A stretch of 64,000 bases of DNA from an uncultured delta proteobacterium (GTDB taxonomy: Bacteria; Myxococcota_A; UBA9160; UBA4427): contig CAWGJT010000014.1 in assembly GCA_963822965.1 (NCBI GenBank), positions 224,001 to 288,000 of the forward strand. The letters are read 5' to 3'. The position numbers and the translations under genes were made by a program. The notes beneath the pieces were generated by a model. That model worked only from the letters and a program-made list of their open reading frames with translations. It did not search any database and was not told where the DNA came from. Below are positions 1 to 10,042 of this stretch, in pieces. Each line of letters opens with the position of its first letter. Within the stretch, counting starts at the first letter, position 1.

Positions 1-42
1 GGCCGTATTGCAATAATACCATCTGATATCAAATAGTTAGCT

Positions 43-66
43 AGATTAGTAAGTATTCACTAATCT
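43..66. promoter_or_regulatory. Palindromic TetR-type operator upstream of tetR-emrAB
   Basis: AGATTAGT-aagtattc-ACTAATCT: perfect 8-bp inverted repeat in an AT-rich patch ending 9 bp before the TetR start. Confidence 0.7.
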
Positions 67-75
67 CGGCCGCCC

Positions 76-738
76 ATGGATTCGACACCCCCCACCGCGG
101 GTCGCCGCGTCCGCCGGCGGAGCGCCGCCGACCGCCGCCAGCAGATCCTGCGCGAGGCCATGCGCTGCTTCGCCTCCAACGGCTTCCGCGGCACCACCAC
201 CCGCGAGATCGCCGCGGCCGTCGGCATCACCGAGGCGGCGCTCTATCGCTACTTCCCGAGCAAGCAGTCGCTCTACGACGCGATCATCGACGCGAAGATC
301 GCCGCGCCGCCGCCCCAGGACCTCGTGCAGGAAGCCGCGTCGCGACGGGACGACGAGCAGGTGTTCACCGTCCTGGCCCGCGTGCTCCTCGACCGCTGCC
401 TCGCCGATCCCGACTTCGTGCGGCTCTTCTTCTTCACCGCCCTCGAGGGCCACGAGCTCTCGAATCCGTTCTTCGTGTCGCGGATCGGCAGCCTGCGGAG
501 CTTCCTCGCGGAGTACATCCGGACCCGGATCCAGGAGGGCGCCTTTCGCGATCGCGACCCCGCGCTGTGCGCGCGGGCCTTCCTCGGGATGGTCTCCGAC
601 TACATGAACGTGCGCGTCATCCTCGCGCAGGACGACGCCTATCCCCAGCCGATCGACGAGGTCGTGGCGACCTACGTCGACCTCTTCCTCGCCGGCATGC
701 GCGCGGGGACGGCCGACGAAGGGGGGCGCTCCGCATGA
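76..738 (+). CDS. TetR/AcrR family transcriptional regulator
   Basis: N-terminal HTH 'FASNGFRGTTTREIAAAVGITEAALYRYFPSK'. Confidence 0.95.
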   Translation: MDSTPPTAGRRVRRRSAADRRQQILREAMRCFASNGFRGTTTREIAAAVGITEAALYRYFPSKQSLYDAIIDAKIAAPPPQDLVQEAASRRDDEQVFTVLARVLLDRCLADPDFVRLFFFTALEGHELSNPFFVSRIGSLRSFLAEYIRTRIQEGAFRDRDPALCARAFLGMVSDYMNVRVILAQDDAYPQPIDEVVATYVDLFLAGMRAGTADEGGRSA

Positions 739-1775
739 GCGACGAAGAGGGCGCCAGCGGGTCCGGACGCGGCGCGGCGATCGGCCGCGCCTTCAGTCTC
801 CTCGCGTTGGTGGTCCTGGTCGCGTTCGGGGTGCACCGCTGGATCGCGACCCGCGGCCTCGAGACGACCGACGACGCGTTCGTCGAGGGGACCCTGTCGT
901 ACCTGGCCGCCGAGGTGCCGGGTCGCGTGCACGCGGTGGAGGTCGAGGAGCACGAGCGGGTGAAGGCGGGCCAGGTGCTGGTGCGGCTCGACGAGGCCGA
1001 GGCGCGTGTCCGGGTCGCCCGGGCTCGCGCGGATCTCGCCGCCGCGCGCAACCGGATGGTCTCCGCCGAGGCGGCGGCGGCGGCAGCGGACGCGGAGGGC
1101 AAGGCGGCCACGGTCGAGAGCTGGCGGATGGGGCGCGAGCTCGAGCGGATCGAATCCCTGGCCAAGCGCGGGGCGGCCAGCCCGCAGGAGCTCGACGCCG
1201 CGCGCGCCGCCCACGACGCGGCGCTGGCACGGGTGCGCGCCGCGACCATGCGCGCCGAGGCCGAGCGCGGCGTGCTGGGGAACGAGGCGCCGGTGCGCCA
1301 GGCCGAGGCGGCCCTGCAGGAGGCCGAGCTCGGCCTCGGGCGGATGACGCTGGTGGCGCCCTTCGACGCCGTCGTGGGGCGCAAGAACGTCGAGCCCGGA
1401 GACATCGTGCGACCCGGCCAGGCGCTGCTCGCCCTGAGCCGCGTGGAGCGTCGCTGGGTCGAGGCGAACTTCAAGGAGACGCAGATCCGGCGCATGCGCC
1501 CCGGCGCTCCCGCCACGGTCGTGGTGGATGCGTTTCCCAGCTACGTGTTCCTCGGACACGTGGAGTCGTTCTCGCCGGCGAGCGGCGCCAAGTACGCGCT
1601 GATCCCCCCCGAGCCCGCCGCCGGGAACTTCACGAAGGTGGTGCAGCGGGTTCCGGTGCGCATCGTCCTCGACGAGGTCGAGAACGACGAGGGTCGGCGG
1701 CCGATCGATCGCCCCGAGGACATGCCCGACCTCGCGATCGGGCTCTCGGCGCAGGTGACCGTCGATGTCCGCTGA
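735..1775 (+). CDS. emrA: HlyD/EmrA family efflux periplasmic adaptor
   Basis: ATGA overlap with tetR; TM anchor, 'TDDAFV', 'WVEANFKETQ', 'GNFTKVVQRVPVRI'. Confidence 0.92.
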   Translation: MSDEEGASGSGRGAAIGRAFSLLALVVLVAFGVHRWIATRGLETTDDAFVEGTLSYLAAEVPGRVHAVEVEEHERVKAGQVLVRLDEAEARVRVARARADLAAARNRMVSAEAAAAAADAEGKAATVESWRMGRELERIESLAKRGAASPQELDAARAAHDAALARVRAATMRAEAERGVLGNEAPVRQAEAALQEAELGLGRMTLVAPFDAVVGRKNVEPGDIVRPGQALLALSRVERRWVEANFKETQIRRMRPGAPATVVVDAFPSYVFLGHVESFSPASGAKYALIPPEPAAGNFTKVVQRVPVRIVLDEVENDEGRRPIDRPEDMPDLAIGLSAQVTVDVR

Positions 1776-1787
1776 GCCTCCATCGCG

Positions 1788-3380
1788 ATGTCCGCTGGAA
1801 CGGCGCCGGCCTACTCGCTCACGTCCGAGGAGGACTATCGGCTCGACCTGCCGCGTCTCCTGATCGTCATCTCGACGATGCTGGCCGTCCTGCTCGAGAT
1901 CATCGACACCAGCATCGTGAACGTCGCCGTGCCCACGATGATGGGCAATCTCGGCGCGACCCTCGACGAGATCGACTGGGTCATCACCGCCTACATCGTC
2001 GCCAACGTGATCATCATTCCGATGACCGGCTGGATGGCGGGCCGCTTCGGACGGAAGCGCTACTTCGTCACCTCGATCCTCATCTTCACCACCGCATCGC
2101 TCCTGTGCGGTGCGTCGCAGACCGTGAACCAGCTGATCGTCTGGCGCATCGTCCAGGGCCTGGGCGGCGGCGCCCTGATGGCCACCTCCCAGGCCATCCT
2201 CATCGAATCCTTCCCGCCTTCCAAGCAGGGGGTCGGCCAGGCGATCTTCGGGGTCGGCGCCATGATCGGCCCGAGCCTGGGCCCGACCCTCGGCGGCTTC
2301 CTGACCGACAACTACTCCTGGCACTGGTGCTTCCTCATCAACGTGCCCATCGGCCTGCTGGCGGCGACCCTGTGCGGTGCCTATCTGCACGACCCGCCGC
2401 ATCTGGCCCGCAGCCGCGCCGGCAAGGTGGACTGGCCGGGGATCGCGTTCCTGGTGATCGGCATCGGCTGCTTCCAGACGATGCTCGAGCGGGGCAACAA
2501 GGACGACTGGTTCGCGAGCCCCGCGATCGTCGCGCTGGCCGCGGGAGCGGGCATCGGGATCGCGGCCCTGCTGGTGCGCGAGCTCACCACCGACCACCCG
2601 GTGATCGACTTCCACGTGATGCGCAACCGGAACTTCGCGGTGGGCTGCTTCCTGACGGCCACGAACGGGCTCGCCCTCTACGGGTTGATCTTCCTGTTCC
2701 CGGTCTACGCCCAGAACCTGCTCGGCTGGACCGCCTGGCAATCGGGCCTGGGGGTGCTGCCGTCGAGCCTGGCCACGGCCGCCATGATGGCGGTGCTCGG
2801 TCGCCTCATCTGGTACACGGGGCCTCGGGTGCTCTTCCTGGGCGGGATGGGAATGATGCTCGTGACCCTGATGGTGATGAGCACCTGGACCCTGCAGTCC
2901 GGCTGGCACGCCGTTCTCTTCGCCCAGTTCCTGCGCGGCCTGTCGAGCGGCCTGCTCTTCGTGCCACTCTCGACCGCAACCCTGCGTGCGCTGCCGTCGG
3001 TCGACGTCGCCAAGGGCGCGGGGCTCTACAACCTCTTCCGGCAGCTCGGGGGCAGCTTCGGGATCGCCATCCTCGCGTCGATCCTCGACCGCCGCACGGA
3101 CGTGCATCGCAGCGAGCTGGCGCGGCACCTGGGCCCCTTCGACCCGGCGACGCAGCTCGGCCTCGACCACTTGAGCCAGCACCTGATGGGCAAGGGCCTC
3201 GACGCCCAGGGCGCGGCGTTCGCGGCCCGGGCGATCCTCGACCGCATGCTCACCGCGCAGGCCACCATGGAGGCGTTCTACGACGCCTTCTACTTCATCG
3301 CGATCGTCTTCGTCTTGATGATCCCGCTCGGGTTCCTGGTGGCGAGACACGCGCCCGGGAAGTACGCGCCCATCGAGTGA
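1788..3380 (+). CDS. emrB: DHA2 family (EmrB/QacA) MFS efflux permease
   Basis: 'EIIDTSIVNVA', 'WVITAY', 'RFGRKR', 'RIVQGLGGG', 'FLINVPIG'; about 14 TM. Confidence 0.95.
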   Translation: MSAGTAPAYSLTSEEDYRLDLPRLLIVISTMLAVLLEIIDTSIVNVAVPTMMGNLGATLDEIDWVITAYIVANVIIIPMTGWMAGRFGRKRYFVTSILIFTTASLLCGASQTVNQLIVWRIVQGLGGGALMATSQAILIESFPPSKQGVGQAIFGVGAMIGPSLGPTLGGFLTDNYSWHWCFLINVPIGLLAATLCGAYLHDPPHLARSRAGKVDWPGIAFLVIGIGCFQTMLERGNKDDWFASPAIVALAAGAGIGIAALLVRELTTDHPVIDFHVMRNRNFAVGCFLTATNGLALYGLIFLFPVYAQNLLGWTAWQSGLGVLPSSLATAAMMAVLGRLIWYTGPRVLFLGGMGMMLVTLMVMSTWTLQSGWHAVLFAQFLRGLSSGLLFVPLSTATLRALPSVDVAKGAGLYNLFRQLGGSFGIAILASILDRRTDVHRSELARHLGPFDPATQLGLDHLSQHLMGKGLDAQGAAFAARAILDRMLTAQATMEAFYDAFYFIAIVFVLMIPLGFLVARHAPGKYAPIE

Positions 3381-3393
3381 GCGCGCTCCGGGG

Positions 3394-4548
3394 TCACGCC
3401 TGCTGCAGCTCCTGCTGCTCCAGGGTCGCGAGCTGCTCGAAGGCGAGTCCCCACGGCGGTCGCAGGAAGCCGAGCGCCCGCACGTCCTGCGCCCGGGTGC
3501 CGAAGGGGGCGCTGCGCGAGAAGGTGCCGCCGCCCAGCACACGACCGATCCGCGTGGAGATGGACTCGACGAGCTCGGCGACCGCCGTCTTGCCCCGCAG
3601 CGCGGCCTCGGTAGGCGACCCGTCCTGCTCCATGGTGCGGAGCATCCCCTCGAAGGCCTGCCGGGCCAGCCAGGTCTCGTTGCGCGTGCGCGTCCACTCG
3701 ACTCGCTCGTAGGCGCGCAGGGAGTCGGCGCGCTTCGCGAGTCGGCGTCCGGCCTCCGCGACCGCCGCGTCCACGACCCCCAGGACCACGGCGGTGTACG
3801 CACACTCGTAGAAGGCCACGGCGGTGGGCATGCCGGTGAGCTCGATCATCGGGCAGGCGACGCGGCGAGCCGGAAACCCGTCGAAGCGGAAGGCGTGGCT
3901 CTGGGTGGCCGCCATGCCGTGGCCGTCCCAGGCGGCCAGTAGGGTCATGCCGCCGCTTCCGTCCCAGGCCACGTCGCGCACCTCGAGGGTGAACAGGTCG
4001 GGCAGGGGCTCGCCCTCGGCGCGGGCCGTGGTGACCATGTGCGTGGTCATCCCCGACCCGCTGCCGAAGTGCTTCTCGCCCGTGATGCGCCAGCCCGCCG
4101 CGTGGGAGCCGCTCGCCACGGTGCGGGTCTGGAGGACGTCGCCTCCGCTTCCCGGCTCGGACGTGATGGTTCCCCACCAGTCGCCGGCGACGACGCCCTG
4201 GAAGATCCGCTCGCGTTGCTCGTGCCAGGCCTTCGCGTAGGGCTCGGGCACGACCTCCGTCGTGGCCCAGTACGAGAGCACCGCCGGATGCATGCTGGCC
4301 ACCAGTGCCAGGGACGGGTCGGCGGCGGCCACGGCTCCGAGCACGTCGCAGAGCGGGCGCGTCGTCTCCCGCGCGTCGGTCCAGGCACCCCCGAAGCGCT
4401 CGGGTACGGCCAGCAGCGGGTAGCCGGCCTCGCGCAGGGCCGCGAAGTCGGCCGGGTCGAGGGCGGTGCGCCGGAGGCGGGCGTCCGCCTCGGAGGTCCA
4501 GCGCTGGGCCAGCGCCGCGCACGCCTCGACGATCTCGGCCGCGGTCAC
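3394..4548 (-). CDS. Acyl-CoA dehydrogenase-fold flavoprotein (possibly monooxygenase-like)
   Basis: 'ITSEPGSGGD', 'WRITGEKHFGSGSG', 'WDGHGMAATQS'; GTG start overlaps upstream stop (GTGA). Confidence 0.8.
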   Translation of the reverse strand: MTAAEIVEACAALAQRWTSEADARLRRTALDPADFAALREAGYPLLAVPERFGGAWTDARETTRPLCDVLGAVAAADPSLALVASMHPAVLSYWATTEVVPEPYAKAWHEQRERIFQGVVAGDWWGTITSEPGSGGDVLQTRTVASGSHAAGWRITGEKHFGSGSGMTTHMVTTARAEGEPLPDLFTLEVRDVAWDGSGGMTLLAAWDGHGMAATQSHAFRFDGFPARRVACPMIELTGMPTAVAFYECAYTAVVLGVVDAAVAEAGRRLAKRADSLRAYERVEWTRTRNETWLARQAFEGMLRTMEQDGSPTEAALRGKTAVAELVESISTRIGRVLGGGTFSRSAPFGTRAQDVRALGFLRPPWGLAFEQLATLEQQELQQA

Positions 4549-5120
4549 CCGTTCGGCTCGCGCTTGCGGTACGTCCCGACGAGCTCGGCGCGGGCCAGCA
4601 CGTGGCCTTCCATGGCCTTCTCGAGCTCGGCCTTGGTGAGGGGGCCGGCGTCCTCGAGCACCACGTCCAGGGCGTAGAGCTTGTGGAAGTAGCGGTGGCG
4701 GCCGATGGGCGGGCACGGCCCCCCGTACGCGGCCTTCTTCCAGTCGTTGCGGCCGAAGCGGGCACCGCCGGGCAGGTCCTTCTCCCGCGCCGCCTCGGGC
4801 AGCGAGCCGGCGGCGGGTGGCAGGCGGTACACCACCCAGTGCACCCAGGTCACCCGGGGCGCCGCCGGGTCGGGCGCGTCGGGATCGTCCACGACGAGCG
4901 CCAGGCTCTTCGTGCCGGGAGGCGGCGCGGTCCACTCGAGCGGAGGGGACACGTCCTCGCCCTCGCAGGTGTAGCGGCGGGGAATCTCGCCGCCCTCGGC
5001 GAAGGCGGAGGATCGGATCGTGAACGACATGGCGCCGGCTCCCTCCTCGGGCTGGGCTGCCGGCGCCGCTGCCAGCAGCAGAACGAGCGAGACTCCCCAG
5101 AGCGATCCGGATGCTGCCAT
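4545..5120 (-). CDS. YbhB/YbcL (PEBP, Raf kinase inhibitor-like) protein
   Basis: 'SPPLEW', 'DPDAP', 'WVHW', 'YGGPCPPIGRHRYF'; possible signal peptide (alternative start at 5030). Confidence 0.93.
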   Translation of the reverse strand: MAASGSLWGVSLVLLLAAAPAAQPEEGAGAMSFTIRSSAFAEGGEIPRRYTCEGEDVSPPLEWTAPPPGTKSLALVVDDPDAPDPAAPRVTWVHWVVYRLPPAAGSLPEAAREKDLPGGARFGRNDWKKAAYGGPCPPIGRHRYFHKLYALDVVLEDAGPLTKAELEKAMEGHVLARAELVGTYRKREPNG

Positions 5121-5160
5121 ACCCCGATTCTGCCACAGCGACGCCCCCCGGCGCGCCGTC

Positions 5161-6231
5161 TCAGTGCCCGGGGGAATCGTCCGTCGGCCCGCGTCGGGCG
5201 TCGAGGTGTTGCCGGATTCGGGCGCGGTCGGCTTCGCTGCCGTGGCCCTGGTCGACGAACCAGCGCACCGCGTCCTCGAGCACGGCCCGGGCAGGGCGCG
5301 GCGAGAAGCCCAGCTCGAGCGCGGCGCGTGCGTTGGAGAAGGGCCGGCTGTCCCGGGCGTGCAGCGCGGCTTCGAGCGGGAACAGCGGTGGACGCTTCGT
5401 GATGCGACTCGAGAGCCAGTCGTTCACGCGGCCCAGCACGAGCAGCAGGGGGTGGGGGATCGCGAAGCGCGGCGCCGGGATGCCGGTGACGTCCGCCAGC
5501 AGGTCGACCACCTCGCGCATGCGGAGATCGTCGCCTCCGAGCACGTAGCGCCGGCCGGCGCGCCCGCGCTCGAGCGCCAGCACGTGGCCCCGGGCCGCGT
5601 CCTCGACGTGGACCAGGTTCTGCGGCATCTCGACGAACACCTTCATGTGCCGCTGCAGGTAGTGGACGATCATGGAGCCCGTGGGCGTCGGCCGGCGGTC
5701 TCCCGCACCCAGGATGATGGTGGGGTACACGATCACGAGGGGGAGACCCTCGGCGGCGAGCCGCAAGGCCGCGATCTCGGCCATGATCTTCGACGACTTG
5801 TAGCTGCCGCCGAAGCGACTCAGGTCGACGAGGTTCTCCTCGTCCCCCTGCTTGGCGTCCACCTGGAAGCCCGGCGTGAGCGCGGCGGTGGTGCTCGTGT
5901 GCACCACCCGCTCGAAGCCCAGGTCGCGCGCTGCCGTGAGCACGTTGCGCGTGCCCAGGGCGTTCACGCGATAGGCGTGGTCGGGCTCGCGTTGCCAGAA
6001 CGAGTAGTCGGCCGCCGTGTGGATCAGTCGCTCGCCCCCGCGCAGGGTGCGATGGAGGCTCTCCGGGTCGAGCAGGTCGATCTCGCGCACCTCGACGTCG
6101 AGGCCCGCCAGGTTCTCCCGGTCGAGGTCGCTTCCGCAGAGCGCCACCACCTCGTAGCCGGCGGCGAGCAGCTCGCGCACGACGTTCGAGCCGAGGAAGC
6201 CGTTGGCTCCGGTCACGTGGCACGAAGGCAT
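5161..6231 (-). CDS. NAD-dependent epimerase/dehydratase, HpnA-like (hopanoid-associated)
   Basis: 'TGANGFLGS', 'HTAADYSFW', 'YKSSK', 'GDRRPTPTG', 'GRRYVLGG'; adjacent to hpnO-like gene. Confidence 0.85.
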   Translation of the reverse strand: MPSCHVTGANGFLGSNVVRELLAAGYEVVALCGSDLDRENLAGLDVEVREIDLLDPESLHRTLRGGERLIHTAADYSFWQREPDHAYRVNALGTRNVLTAARDLGFERVVHTSTTAALTPGFQVDAKQGDEENLVDLSRFGGSYKSSKIMAEIAALRLAAEGLPLVIVYPTIILGAGDRRPTPTGSMIVHYLQRHMKVFVEMPQNLVHVEDAARGHVLALERGRAGRRYVLGGDDLRMREVVDLLADVTGIPAPRFAIPHPLLLVLGRVNDWLSSRITKRPPLFPLEAALHARDSRPFSNARAALELGFSPRPARAVLEDAVRWFVDQGHGSEADRARIRQHLDARRGPTDDSPGH

Positions 6232-6232
6232 G

Positions 6233-7622
6233 CTACGAGCCGCCGGCCTTCATCTTGAGCGCCTGGGTGGCGAGGGTCTTGCCCAGCTGCCAGATCCCGC
6301 CCGACACCTTGTGGGTATCGGCGACGACGTCGTGCACGGCGTCCACGATCCAGCGCCGGTCGTCCTCGTCGATCACGAGGGGCGGCAGGAACTTGACGAC
6401 GTGCAGCCCGTGCCCCGCCACCTGGGACAGGATGTGGTGCTTCGTGAAGAGAGGCACCGTCACCAGCTGGCAGAAGAGCCCCTCGTTGGCCTTCTCGAGG
6501 AGCTTCCAGGCGGCCTTGAGGCCCAGGCTCTCCGGCGGGCCGAACTCGAGCGCGAGCATCAGGCCCTTGCCGCGCACGTCCTTCAGGAACTCGAACCGGG
6601 GCACCAGGGGGCGCAGGTCGCCCACGATCTCGTCGCCGAGGCGCGCCGCGTGCTCCACGAGTCCGCATTCCTCGATGACGTCCAGGGTGGCGAGCCCGGC
6701 CGCCATGGCCAGGTTGTTCTTGGCGAAGGTGGAGCCGTGCACGACGGCCCGGTCCATGCGGTCGAAGACCGCGTCGAACACGTCCCGGCGGCACGCCACC
6801 GCGCCCACCGGCACGAATCCGCCCGAGAGGGCCTTCGCCATGGTCAGCAGGTCGGGCTCGCAGGCCCCAGTGCTCGGCGGCGAAGAAGCGGCCGGTGCGT
6901 CCGATGCCCGTCTGTACCTCGTCGAGCACGAACAGGGTTCCGTACTTCCGGCACAGGGCCTGCGCGCCGGGCAGATAGTCGTCGTCGGGAATCGCGACCC
7001 CATGGCCCTGGATCGGCTCCACCACGAACGCTGCGGCGTCCCCCGGCGCGAGCGCCGCCTCGAGCGCCGCGAGGTCGTCGAAGGGGATTCGGACGCAGTC
7101 GGGCAGCAGCGGCCCGAAGCCGTCGCGGAAGTGGTCGTCACCGTTCAGGGAGAGGGCGCCGTAGGTGAGCCCGTGGAAGGCGTGGTCGCAGTAGACGATC
7201 TTGCTGCGGCCCGTCGCCTGCCGGCTGAACTTCATGGCCGCCTCGACGGCCTCCGCCCCGGAGTTGCAGAAGAAGATCTTCGTGAGCGAGGCGGGCGTCT
7301 TCTCCACCAGTCGCTCGGCGAGCAGCCCGGAGAGGAGCGAGACGTCCATCTGCACCAGGTGCGGCAGCTCGGCGCCCAGCACGTCCCGCAGGCACGCGAT
7401 GACCTGCGGATGGTTGCGACCGAGCGCAAAGACTCCGAAGCCGCTCAGCAGGTCGAGCGTGCGAACGCCGTTGCGGTCGTAGAGGTACTGCCCCGAGGCC
7501 GACACGTAGGTCTTGTCGAAGCCGATGGTCTTCAGGACCTTGACCATCTGTGCGTTCATGTGCAGGTCGTGCAGCGCGAACTGCTCGCCCTGCCGCTCGC
7601 GGATCAGGTCGAGGATCTTCAT
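6233..7622 (-). CDS. hpnO: Class III PLP aminotransferase, HpnO-like; one +1 frameshift near 6861
   Basis: 'QMVKVLKTIGFD', 'LDLLSGFGVFALGRNHP', 'DEVQTG', then 'EPDLLTMAKALSGG' in the next frame (TGG GGC CTG C GAG CCC). Confidence 0.8.
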
Positions 7623-7801
7623 CGTTCGGGGCCCTCCGGTACCCGGCGTCTACGACCCGACGCGACGCTCAGGCCGCCCGGGTCCGCGCGGAATATACCG
7701 GTGGGCGGCGACGGCGCTCAAGCCGGTCGGCGGGTCGGACGCGTGTCGCGGATGCCGTATTGGAACTGCCACGCCCGGCCAATCGGAGCTGCCACGCCTG
7801 G

Positions 7802-9187
7802 TCAGAGTGGAAACTCCTGATGGAGCTCCGGCATCTCGACGCGCGTATCCTTCAGTCGCTTGGCGAAGTGCGCCATGACCTCCGGGTCGCCGTGCACGAG
7901 GAAGGTCGTCGCGGGCGACGTGCGATCGTGCCACGCGAGCAGCTCCGCCTGGTCTGCGTGGGCGGAGAATCCGTTGATCGTGTGGATCCTGGCGCGAACC
8001 GGAATCTGCTCGCCGTAGATGGACACCGTCTTTGCGCCGTCGATGATGTGACGCGCGAGGGTTCCGTTCGCCGCATACCCCACGAAGATCACGCTGCTCT
8101 GGGCGCGGCCGAGGTGGTGGCGCAGGTGATGCCGCACGCGGCCGCCGGTACACATGCCCGAGCCCGCCATGACGACGGCGCCTCCGGCGATGCGATTGAT
8201 GGCCATCGACTCCGTCGCCTGCCGCGTGAAGCGCAGCCCCGGCAGGTGGAACGGGTCGCGACCCTCTCGAAACAGCTCGCGCGACTCCTCGTCGTAGCAC
8301 TCCGGATGCCGCTTGAAGATCTCGGTGGCCGAGATCGCCATGGGCGAGTCGAGGAATACGGGCATGGAGGATTCGAGCCGGCCGGCTTCCACGCCCTCGC
8401 GCAGGTAGAAGAGGAGCTCTTGCGCCCGCTCGAGCGCGAAGGTGGGGATGATCGCATTGCCACCCCGGCGGAAGGTGTCGGTGATGGCCTCGTAGAGCTC
8501 GTCCACGGAGGGGCCGAGGGGCTTGTGGAGTCGGTCGCCGTAGGTCGTCTCCATCACGACCACGTCCACGTCGGCAGGCGGGCTCGCGTCGCGCAGGATG
8601 GGCCGACCGGGGCCGCCGATGTCGCCGGAGAAGAGAACGCGACGGCGGCGCCCGTCCTCCTCGAGCTCCAGCAGCACGCTGGCCGATCCCAGGATGTGGC
8701 CCGCCTCGAGGAACGTGGCGCGTACGCCCTTCGCGAGGTCGATCGGCTCCGCGTACTTCGCCGTGCGACCGAAGCGGTCGAAGCTGTCGATGGCGTCGAA
8801 CGTGGTGTAGAGCGGCTCGATCTGCTCGTGGTGCCGTTTTCGCTCGGCCCGATGGGCCCGATGCGCGGCCTCCTCCTCCTGGATGTGGGCCGAGTCCAGC
8901 AGCACGAGTCGCGCCAGCTCGCGCGTGGCCGACGTCGTCACGATCTCTCCGCGGAAGCCGCGCTTGACCAGCAGGGGGATGCGTCCGCAGTGGTCCAGGT
9001 GCCCGTGGGTCAGCAGGAGCATGTCGATGCTCTCCGCGTCGAAGCCGAAGGGCTCCGCGTTCTCTTCCTCGATCTCGCGACCTCCCTGGTAGAGACCGCA
9101 GTCGACGAGGAGTCGGATCCCCGCGCACTCCACGAGATGGCAGGAACCCGTGACGCCGCGGTCGGCACCCTGAAAGACGATCTTCAT
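7802..9187 (-). CDS. MBL-fold beta-CASP ribonuclease (YSH1/TTHA0252-like)
   Basis: 'THGHLDHCGR', 'AGHILGS', 'FSGDIG', 'ETTYG', 'FSAHAD', 'VHG'. Confidence 0.93.
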   Translation of the reverse strand: MKIVFQGADRGVTGSCHLVECAGIRLLVDCGLYQGGREIEEENAEPFGFDAESIDMLLLTHGHLDHCGRIPLLVKRGFRGEIVTTSATRELARLVLLDSAHIQEEEAAHRAHRAERKRHHEQIEPLYTTFDAIDSFDRFGRTAKYAEPIDLAKGVRATFLEAGHILGSASVLLELEEDGRRRRVLFSGDIGGPGRPILRDASPPADVDVVVMETTYGDRLHKPLGPSVDELYEAITDTFRRGGNAIIPTFALERAQELLFYLREGVEAGRLESSMPVFLDSPMAISATEIFKRHPECYDEESRELFREGRDPFHLPGLRFTRQATESMAINRIAGGAVVMAGSGMCTGGRVRHHLRHHLGRAQSSVIFVGYAANGTLARHIIDGAKTVSIYGEQIPVRARIHTINGFSAHADQAELLAWHDRTSPATTFLVHGDPEVMAHFAKRLKDTRVEMPELHQEFPL

Positions 9188-9255
9188 CGCTTCTCCTTCT
9201 CCGTCCAGCGTGGTCCGGCCGAGAGTCTACGCCGAAAGGGCGCCGCCCGGCGCGG

Positions 9256-9350
9256 CGGATCCCGGTGCTACTCGACGGCGAGGTGGATCCTCTCCGACTC
9301 GACGGTGATCTGCGAGTACCTCGAGGACGCGTACCCCGCCCCCGCGCTGG
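9256..9350 (+). pseudogene. Glutathione S-transferase N-domain remnant
   Basis: Reads RIPVLLDGEV / (frameshift) ILSDSTVICEYLEDAYPAPAL, the typical GST N-terminal motif; no start and no C-domain. Confidence 0.6.
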
Positions 9351-9386
9351 GGGATGAGCGGCGCGCGCCGGAGCCGGATTCGCCAG

Positions 9387-10019
9387 CTACCCGGGGCCCG
9401 CGGTACCCGCGGCCTGGATCAGGGCCAGGGCGGCCCGCTCCATGGTGGCCGCGGCGCGCGCGCGCCCGAGCCGCTGGTCGCCGCGCAGCCGGTCCCAGGC
9501 CTCGAAGGAGGTCACCTGGTCGAGGGCCTCGACGATCTCGGGCGGGGCGTCGGCCAGCTCGGGGAGCCATCGCAGCAGATCGGTGCGCAGCTCCGCGACG
9601 AGCTTGCGGTGCTGGCTGCGCAGGTAGGGGGATCGCCATCGCTTCACGTTCGAGGCGCGCTTGTAGGGTGCCACGCGCTCGAAGAAGACCGCGCGTCGCT
9701 CCACCAGCGCGACGGCCCGCGCGCGTAGGCCGCCCGCGTGCGGGGGCTCGCGCAGGATCGGAAGCACCTCCTCGAGCAGCCGGGCGTCGAGCGTGGCGTA
9801 GAGCGCCTCCATGTCCTCGAAGTGGCGGAATACGCTGCGGATGCCCACGCCGGCGCGGAGGGCCACCTGCTGGGCGGTCGGCGCGGGATTGCCTTCTCCC
9901 ACCAGCTCGTAGAGGGCGTTGCCGATGGCCTCGCGGCTTCGCTGTGCGCGCAGGACCCGCCCGTCGGCCGTTCCGGCCGGCTCCCGATCCTCCTGGATGC
10001 GCGCTCTTCCTCGAACCAT
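9387..10019 (-). CDS. TetR family transcriptional regulator
   Basis: 'PTAQQVALRAGVGIRSVFRHFEDME' HTH; ATG at 10019. Confidence 0.9.
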   Translation of the reverse strand: MVRGRARIQEDREPAGTADGRVLRAQRSREAIGNALYELVGEGNPAPTAQQVALRAGVGIRSVFRHFEDMEALYATLDARLLEEVLPILREPPHAGGLRARAVALVERRAVFFERVAPYKRASNVKRWRSPYLRSQHRKLVAELRTDLLRWLPELADAPPEIVEALDQVTSFEAWDRLRGDQRLGRARAAATMERAALALIQAAGTAGPG

Positions 10020-10042
10020 GTCCGAGCCGTCCCCCTCGGCGC

